From assembly GCF_902459465.1 (NCBI RefSeq), contig NC_047068.1, positions 6,510,001 through 6,574,000 of the forward strand: a stretch of DNA of 64,000 bases, written 5' to 3'. Positions 56,955 through 64,000 of the stretch are shown piece by piece. Source of the stretch: Asterias rubens (Eukaryota). Numbering within the stretch: the stretch's first letter is position 1; every line of letters starts with the position of its first letter. Under the pieces are notes generated by a model, which saw only the letters and a program-made list of their open reading frames with translations, did no database searches and was not told the DNA's origin. The position numbers and the translations under genes were made by a program.

Positions 56955-57520
56955 TTTCTCATGCTCCACCGTATTTTTAAATCTGCTGGTTCTCACCCAC
57001 TGTTGCTTTGCTGAGCTGCACAACAAAGATCCATTCCAACAGCTTTACTCCACGAACTGCATTTCTTTTGAACTCCTTGCCTGGTGCATGTTACCCTCCA
57101 TCCTATAATCTAGATTATATTTATTCCTACCTTCAGCTCCCCTGAGCTATTTTCATCTTAAATATTCTCGTCTTGTAGCCTCCATCCTACAATCTAGACC
57201 ATTGTAAGAGGAATATCGATTCATACCTTCTTCTCCCCAAGCCATTTTCCACCTTGAATATTTTCGTCTGACATAATTCTACAAAGAGTTGCATTGTTTG
57301 GGGCAATCATGCATTGAGACATTTTAAAGAAAGATACAAAGAACTAAGTCTTAGGCTCCAAAGCCTTCTCACGAGCAGCTCCAATGTGGAACACTCTCCC
57401 GTCCTTACTTTGATTATTCTGACTCAATGAACAGCTTCATTAACATTCAAACTCAAGACAATCTCTTTTATTTAACCTCGCTTATGACGCGGTTTGAATA
57501 CAATGTATAGGCTTGTGTTG

Positions 57521-57908
57521 TTAAAGGCAGTGGACACTATTGGTAATTGTCAAAGACTAGCCTTCACAGTTGGTGTATCTCAACATATGCATAAAATAAC
57601 AAACCTGTAAAAATTTGAGCTCGAATCGGTCATCAAAGTTGCGAGATAATAATGAAAAAAGTAAACACCCCTGTCATACGAAGTTGTGTGCGTTTAGATG
57701 GGTGATTTGGAGACCTCAAGTTCTAAACTTGAGGTCTCGAAATCAAATTCGTTGAAAATTACTTCTTTCTCAAAAACTATGGCACTTCAGAGAGAGCTGT
57801 TTCTCACAATGTTTTATACCACCAACCTCTCCCCATTACTTGTCACCAAGAAAGTTTTTATGCTAATAATTATTGTGAGTAATTACCAATAGTGTCCACT
57901 GCCTTTAA
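57521..57908. mobile_element. Family A TTAA MITE, full length
   Basis: Perfect TIRs TTAAAGGCAGTGGACACTATTGGTAATT / AATTACCAATAGTGTCCACTGCCTTTAA. Confidence 0.92.
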
Positions 57909-58334
57909 AAGCAGGTGTTCTGTGTGCACTTTTGTAACCTATCACAATTTCTTGTACACGGATCTCTTTGCTTAAAGTTTCTGTACAGAAATGTAATGAT
58001 GTGTCTAATCAGAGTAAAATTTAAACTGGGATTATTATTCTTTGGACACCCGTTAACATAAATTAAAATACATGTTTACACTTAGGCATTATTTTGTGTA
58101 TGACGGTGTTTTGTTCTGACATACTTGCAACTTATAATGCTTTCCTCCAGACCCCCCCCCCCCCCCAACCAAAATGACCCGGGAATTTACAAAGAAACTT
58201 CCACAATATCAGAACGGAATTTGAGGGTCGAGGTTGATTTCCGTTGTAGTCCATATTTTTTTTTACCTCAACAAACTTTTTACCAAAAAGGTACTCTTTA
58301 CATTTCAAATCCTTGCCCACTATAACATGTCTTT

Positions 58335-58600
58335 TTAAAGGCACTGGACATGTTTAGTAACTGTCAAAGACAAGTATTCTCACTTGTTGTGTCCCAACAT
58401 AATCTTGAATGCATAAAATAGCAAACCTTTGAAAATGTGGGCTCAATTGGACACCAATCTTGAAGTCTTTTATTATTTGGGTGAGAAATAACCTCTTTCT
58501 CAAAAACTACGTTACTTCAGAGGGAGCCGTTTCTCACAAAGTTTTTAATTATACTAACAATTATTTTGAGTAATTACCAAAAGTGTCCAGTGCCTTCCAA
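58335..58600. mobile_element. Family A-related TTAA MITE with internal deletion
   Basis: TTAAAGGCACTGGACATG...TTACCAAAAGTGTCCAGTGCCTT. Confidence 0.75.
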
Positions 58601-58695
58601 ATGACGAAATATACCTCTTTAAAGAAACAAATTAAAGAATTAACAGCTAAAATGGAACCCAAAGTAGAAGAACTTGTGTACAACTAATTTTATGT

Positions 58696-61238
58696 TTACA
58701 TATCATCCCATTTGGGTAGATGGAATTCCTTCCATTGAATGACGCCATCTTTATCGTAATCTTGTTTCGTCATCTGTTCGTCCGTCAGTTCGTCGGCTAA
58801 TTCACACCCTCTTGGGATCAGACTTTCATCTCCCACAATGCTGTCGTACATCTAAGGAAAAAAACAAACCAATATATTTTGTAAAATGTTAGGGAAAATT
58901 GTAACAATTGTGATGAAACGACCCAATTTATTTCAGTTAGATGACATCATTTTTAAATGAAGACACTTATAGTTATGGGAAGAAATGGGTGGAAACGTCG
59001 TACCGATCCTTACATTTTTGTTTGTTAAGTAATGTGGGTATTTGTTTGATTGTTTGTTGGTTGATGATGTGTTTGTTTGTTGATTGTGGTGTTTGTTCGT
59101 TCATGGGCGTTTTGGGGGCGTTTGTTTGTGTACTTGTTTGTCGGGATGTTTGTCCGGGGGGTTGGGGTGTTGTGGTATGTGTTTGTTTGTTAGAGTGTTA
59201 GGGTTGGTTGATTGGTTGTTTCTGCTTTTGTTGCTAGCTGCTGCTACTTTTTTTGGTTGAAAAGGGTAAAACAGTCATGTTTTCTTTTTCTTTTAATTGT
59301 CTTGAAATTATGTTTCTTCTTCCATTGTTTGGACTTACTTCTTCCCGTTGAATAACTCCATCCTTGTTGTGGTCCATAACTTTGAACATGTTTCCCATGC
59401 CTTTCTGGTAGTTTGGCACAGCACCGAGTAACTCCACCTCGAAGATTAAATCCTCACCCCTGGGAATCAAGTCACCTGTTGGCACCAAACATCAAACAAA
59501 AGCATAACCAGTGACGTCAAGATACGTCATGCGTGACTTGAGACTCACGCCCTTATACGGATTCATTCCCTAATCTGTTTGATAGAGATTTTCAAATTGT
59601 GCGTAAAGTGGACGTTTATAGTGACATCATGGAGTGCCTGACTTCTTGTTTTGGGCCTTTTCGAAACCAAAGCTTTAGCTTGGCTCCGGCTTAGGCTGAT
59701 GTGTCAATTGTTTTGAAAACGTGTGTTTCCAGCACGGGGCTGCCCATAGTCAAACTAGTCGTCGTCGTGTTCCCTGCCTGCCGTTAATCGTTAATGCTGA
59801 TCATAAAGCGGTCAGACTATTCATCCCCGCCAGCCTTCACTTAAGCCATATCCGAATTGGTGGCTACGGCTACGGATGTTGCTAAGGGTGTTACTAAGGA
59901 GGTCCTATACGTCAACGCCGAGGCCAAGGCGATCTAGCTGTAGCCATAGACGCAGCCGCCAATTCGGTCTTAACAAAACGGTCCCATTTAGGTAAATCTG
60001 TTCACTAACCTTCGAAGCCGTCCCTGCCGTTGCGAACGAGCGAAGCCGGCACGGTGAAGCGACGTTTCTCCGCTATGCACATGCCGATGATTCCAAGCTC
60101 CAGACCCTTGATGGAGTCTCCAACGCCCATACGGAACGCGACGGACACCCCTTCGGAGCCATCTTCTTTGTAACTTCAGAAAAAAAACGGGAAAAAAAAC
60201 GTTGTAGCGAAAATACAGCAGTTGTAATTAGTCGACAATTACTGTTTAGTTTCCATCTGAAAGTTGATTGAAGCTTATGCACATCTATGGCCCAACTTCA
60301 TGAGCTACAGTCTATATAGGCAGACAATTTTGCAAAGTTTTGTGCTATTAAACAAAGCAGGATACCAGTCAAAGATGGTGATTATGAAATGGTATTTGGG
60401 CTGGCAAGCTTATTCTGATAAGCACTATTTTACTGTAATGAACTACGTTTGAGCTCTGTCATAGGCCCTGGAGGTACAAGCAAGCCACCGTCTAAACGAG
60501 GTCATGAAACAAGGGTGTTTCGACAGATAGAGAAAAGATAAAAAGGCAATAGGAGTCACAACTTATGAACAACGACGCTTTGCTTACTAGAATGTAGAAT
60601 GTTAAAGCGCTTTATAAATACATTTAATATAAGTTATTTGTTTTTAAGTTAGAATGAAATGAAAAAGACGCAACGATCGAACATAAACAAAAATTATTCT
60701 CGCAAAACCTAATAATACTCATACTTTCTCGTACAAGTTCACAATGTTTATGCACCCCTTCTGTAAACTCAGAACTTTAATCTCTGGCAAGACAAATACT
60801 TTTGAAAACAGTAACATAAAATGAGGGAAAATAAAATACTTACGTGGTGATAAACTCACTACCATCCGAAGCCTTCTTCCCTCTGAGATGAACCGTCACG
60901 GCGTCATCGTTCGAAGCCATTACCCTGTCACAAAACTTGCCCTCTTGTAAGACTTCAACTTTCACAAGATGCCTCTCTTCCTCTCCCTTCTTGGGCTTCT
61001 GCTCTTCATCTTTGTCTTCTACGTCTTGCTTCTCTTGGGTGTACTTGTCTCCTGATTTCTCACTCCCCGCCTCTTCATCCTCAGCCGGTGATGCTGCGCA
61101 GTTTTCTTTACTCAGGCAGACTCCCTCATCTTTTGTATCTGCCTCTTCACCTTCGACTTCTATCGTCTCAGCATCCTCCTCGGCTCGTGCCAAGGAAGTG
61201 AAGAGCAAAAAGATACAGGCGACTAGGTAAAGTCTCAT
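58696..61238 (-). CDS. Secretory-pathway FKBP7/FKBP14-like protein: signal peptide, acidic linker, degenerate FKBP domain, two EF-hands; 283 aa
   Basis: Exons 61238-60844, 60173-60010, 59475-59339, 58851-58696 (852 nt), GT-AG, phases consistent. Signal MRLYLVACIFLLFTSLARA; FKBP motifs IKGLELGIIGMCIAEKRRFTVP and LIFEVELL; EF loops DHNKDGVIQREE and DYDKDGVIQWKE; ends LPKWDDM*. Confidence 0.88.
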
Positions 61239-61934
61239 TTTGAAAGTTTCTTTTTGTGCAACGCGTACGAATCCCCAAACCACAAACCCTAATTTAGAAT
61301 CTTACTTTTTAAGTTTCAAATATCCAGCACTTCAGTTCCTAATATAATACAATGTAAACTTATTGTTCTTCGAATATGAAACTGGAATTAACAAAACATC
61401 TGATCATGGACGACGTTGATAATTTGTACCAATCCAAAAAACTTTCTAGTTTTAAGCAACCGTTTATACACGTGTACCAATCTCGTTATCCTGGCCCCGA
61501 AAATACAAACTCTTTGTACACGTAAACCCAGAGGTGAAAGTCCAACTTTGGACATTATCTCTAGCAAATTAGGGTACATATGTTCATGGGGTCTAAAACT
61601 TAATTCATCGTTGGAAACATTTTCAAAAGACTTCTGTGGGAGAAATACCAGATGTTCTGGACGGGGTGGTTTGTTATCGTGTTTGGTCGTGGGGAGTTCG
61701 GGCAAATCCGCCCGTATGTCGACGTGGCAAATATTGGGAACGCCACGATGGGTTCGGGCCTGTGTGATAAGCCAATCTGGTGTTTTTGTTTTAGAATCTT
61801 GTTGTTTAGATTAAGAATTACAAGATCAAAGTCCACTGAAAGTGTAGATGAGGTTTGTTTTATTGTAAGATGAGTTTTACCTCATGTGTACTAAATTGCT
61901 ATACGATCCAAATGTACAAGGTGTTCCTGTGCTT

Positions 61935-62332
61935 TTACAGACAGTGGACACTATTGGTAATTGTCAAAGACTAGCCTTCCCACTTGGTGTATCTCAACAT
62001 ATGCACAACATAACAAACCTGTGAAAATTTTAGCTCGATTGGTCGTCGAAGCAGCGAGATATTATTGAAAGAAAAAAACACTCTTCTCGCACCATGGTCA
62101 AGCGAAGTTGTGTGCTTTCAGATGCTTGATTTCGAGACCTCAAATTCTAAATCTGAGGTCTCGAAATCAAATTCGTGGAAAATTACCTCTTTCTCGAAAA
62201 CTACGTCACTTCAGAGGGAGCTATTTCTCACAGTGTTTTATACTATCAACCTCTCCCCATTACTCGTAATCAAGAAAGGTTTTATGATAATAATTTTTTT
62301 GAGTAATTACCAATAGTATCCACTGCGTTTAA
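61935..62332. mobile_element. Family A TTAA MITE, full length
   Basis: ...CAGTGGACACTATTGGTAATT...AATTACCAATAGTATCCACTGCGTTTAA, with the standard internal body. Confidence 0.88.
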
Positions 62333-62629
62333 GCCTATACACTGATCAGCTATACCAACAGAAAATAGCAAAACATTGAGCTTAGGGTTCGTTGCCTAGT
62401 TTGATTATATCTTATAAATTAGTTGATGATGCCGTGATATCGGCGAGTAATTAAATGAATGAACACAGGTTTGATGGTCTTCATTTTCTATCAACTGTGA
62501 AAACACAAAGGGTTTCCACAACATTTTCTCAGGGTCACACAAGGTTTATGTGTTTAAAATGTCTATGTTCATGCCTATGTGATACGAAGAAACAACTAAA
62601 ACAATTTTCAATCATTGTTTCACAGTCAT

Positions 62630-62635
62630 TTTATT
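62630..62635 (-). promoter_or_regulatory. Candidate polyadenylation signal of the sterol reductase gene
   Basis: AATAAA on the minus strand ~1.3 kb past the stop at 63925, followed by T/GT-rich sequence. Confidence 0.4.
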
Positions 62636-63113
62636 GTAAAACGTAACCAAAAAAAGAATCTGACGACTGATCTTTAATTCCAAAATAATAATCACGTACA
62701 ATAAGCCATACAGAAAACACAAAGAAATTGGAACTATACAACTATCAAGATGGAACTATACAATTTAACTATCAGTTTGTGTCAGCAAGATAGCAGGCTA
62801 TAATTATTCACGGGTAAGGTTAAAGGGCATAATCCAGCCAGCAAGAATGTCTATTGACTTATCTGATTATCAGAATTGTTGTTCAAACTATAGGCCTTCA
62901 TCTGCACCGACACTAGAAAGCAAAATTAAGTTTGATATTGGGGTCAAGAGATGGCGCTTCATGGGTTTCAACATTGAACTCAATTTTACTGACTGGATAG
63001 ACAACTCAGCATATTTGATAGTATGGGTTCGGGTGTCACTGAACTTTATCGCGTTTGCTTCCAACTAGTTTTCCCATGAAAATGGATCTACTCTTTAAAA
63101 TGGGAGTGTGCAT

Positions 63114-63394
63114 TGGGCTCAATTTCATAGCGCTGCTTAACATTAAGCAAATTTGCGTGCTTACTGTAGCAGACAAATTTGCTTATGCCTTAGCGTATGG
63201 TTAGCAGAAACATTGCGCGGCCATATTGCGTGTTTACCATGGATTTGCATTGTGACGCCATTTATTTTCGTGCGGTAAGCACCGAAAGGGTAGCATGCAT
63301 TTTCGTGTTCTTACGGTTAGCAGCCCTATGAAATAGAAATTGCACAGTAAGCATAAAATCGGCCGCTAAGCAGCGCTATGAAATTGGGCCCTGG
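63114..63394. mobile_element. Family D MITE
   Basis: TGGGCTCAATTTCATAGCGCTGCTTA...TAAGCAGCGCTATGAAATTGGGCCC. Confidence 0.8.
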
Positions 63395-63593
63395 TTTGGT
63401 TAGGCCATCCATGCACAACGTCACAATGTTTCAGTTTGCATTTTAACATCACATATAAAATAAGAATAAGTGGGCTGGCTCAACGGCGTATAAATAAGAC
63501 AACTAACTACAATTTCGGTTGAGACAACCAGGCTATGTTGTTATAACCTTAAATATTGTGACAATCATTTTCATGGTGGTTACTTGTAGTATT

Positions 63594-63830
63594 TATTGGC
63601 ATGGTGAATGAGTAAAACTTCGTACATGAATGAGGAACTAGTAATTAATTGGCATTGGGAAGAGGCAGGCATCTTGAATGAATAAGGAGCTTGTAAATTG
63701 GCACGGTGAAAGAGTCAGTCGCCATGTATTACGAATGAATAACTTGTAAATATTGTCATAGTAAAAGAGTCAGACGTCGTGAACGTACAATTTTACAAGG
63801 AGTTAGTAAATTGGTAGGCGAAAAATTCAT
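63594..63830. repeat. Degenerate ~50-60-bp tandem repeat
   Basis: Recurring AATTGGCA(T/C)GGTGAAAGAGTCAG...GAAT(A/G)AGGA.CT.GTAA motifs, about 4-5 copies. Boundaries approximate. Confidence 0.5.
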
Positions 63831-63924
63831 GTACAAATATTAAAGCGTCTGACGTACATCCGGCAAGAGGGGACGATACGGCACTCTCCGTGGGAACGTG
63901 GTTGCAACATCATCTTCTGCACTT

Positions 63925-64000
63925 CTAAAACAGCATTGGTATAAGTCTATACGGCACCTTGGCTGTATATTCATCCCACGCTGATCCATACTTAGCCTTA
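63925..64000 (-). CDS. C-terminal end of an ERG4/ERG24-family sterol reductase (DHCR7- or LBR/TM7SF2-like), partial
   Basis: Minus strand reads KAKYGSAWDEYTAKVPYRLIPMLF* (TAG at 63927-63925), matching the family C-terminal signature KYGxxWxxYxxxVPYRxxP. Only 24 residues are visible. Confidence 0.8.
   Translation of the reverse strand, partial: KAKYGSAWDEYTAKVPYRLIPMLF

Noticed and set aside
61388-61873. Overlapping ORFs on both strands upstream of the FKBP gene
   Set aside because: No recognisable homology or consistent splice sites; the region looks like promoter or repeat sequence.
62847-63068. 73-aa plus-strand ORF
   Set aside because: It lies antisense within the presumed 3' UTR of the sterol reductase; no motif support.

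Overview
Intron-rich, AT-rich animal genomic DNA, not prokaryotic. The repeat landscape suggests an echinoderm, probably a sea star; this is inference from recall and was not verified. I assembled the genes by hand from GT-AG junctions, with reading phases checked. They are: (1) three tandem paralogues of an uncharacterised ~8-TM membrane protein on the minus strand (7.9-24.6 kb), with evidence for a fourth copy left of the window; (2) an MCRIP/FAM195 homologue (minus, 37.6-43.2 kb); (3) tRNA-Gly(CCC); (4) a complete 12-exon UQCRC2 (plus, 44.7-55.7 kb); (5) an ER-type FKBP7/14-like protein with a degenerate PPIase site and two EF-hands (minus, 58.7-61.2 kb); and (6) the C-terminal tip of an ERG4/ERG24-family sterol reductase at the right edge. 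The intergenic and intronic space is packed with non-autonomous TIR elements (TTAA/Kolobok-like, Harbinger-like, 9-bp-TSD), two tRNA-derived SINE families, a deleted Tc1, and 37-bp and 50-bp tandem arrays. The most unusual signals are: one tRNA-headed repeat present as a 21x satellite of its D-arm plus anticodon arm and also as a circularly permuted, terminally redundant insertion with an 11-bp TSD; two complementary decayed Penelope-type minimal hammerhead motifs; one TTAA site hit by two different MITE families in two paralogues; and the FKBP pseudo-enzyme.
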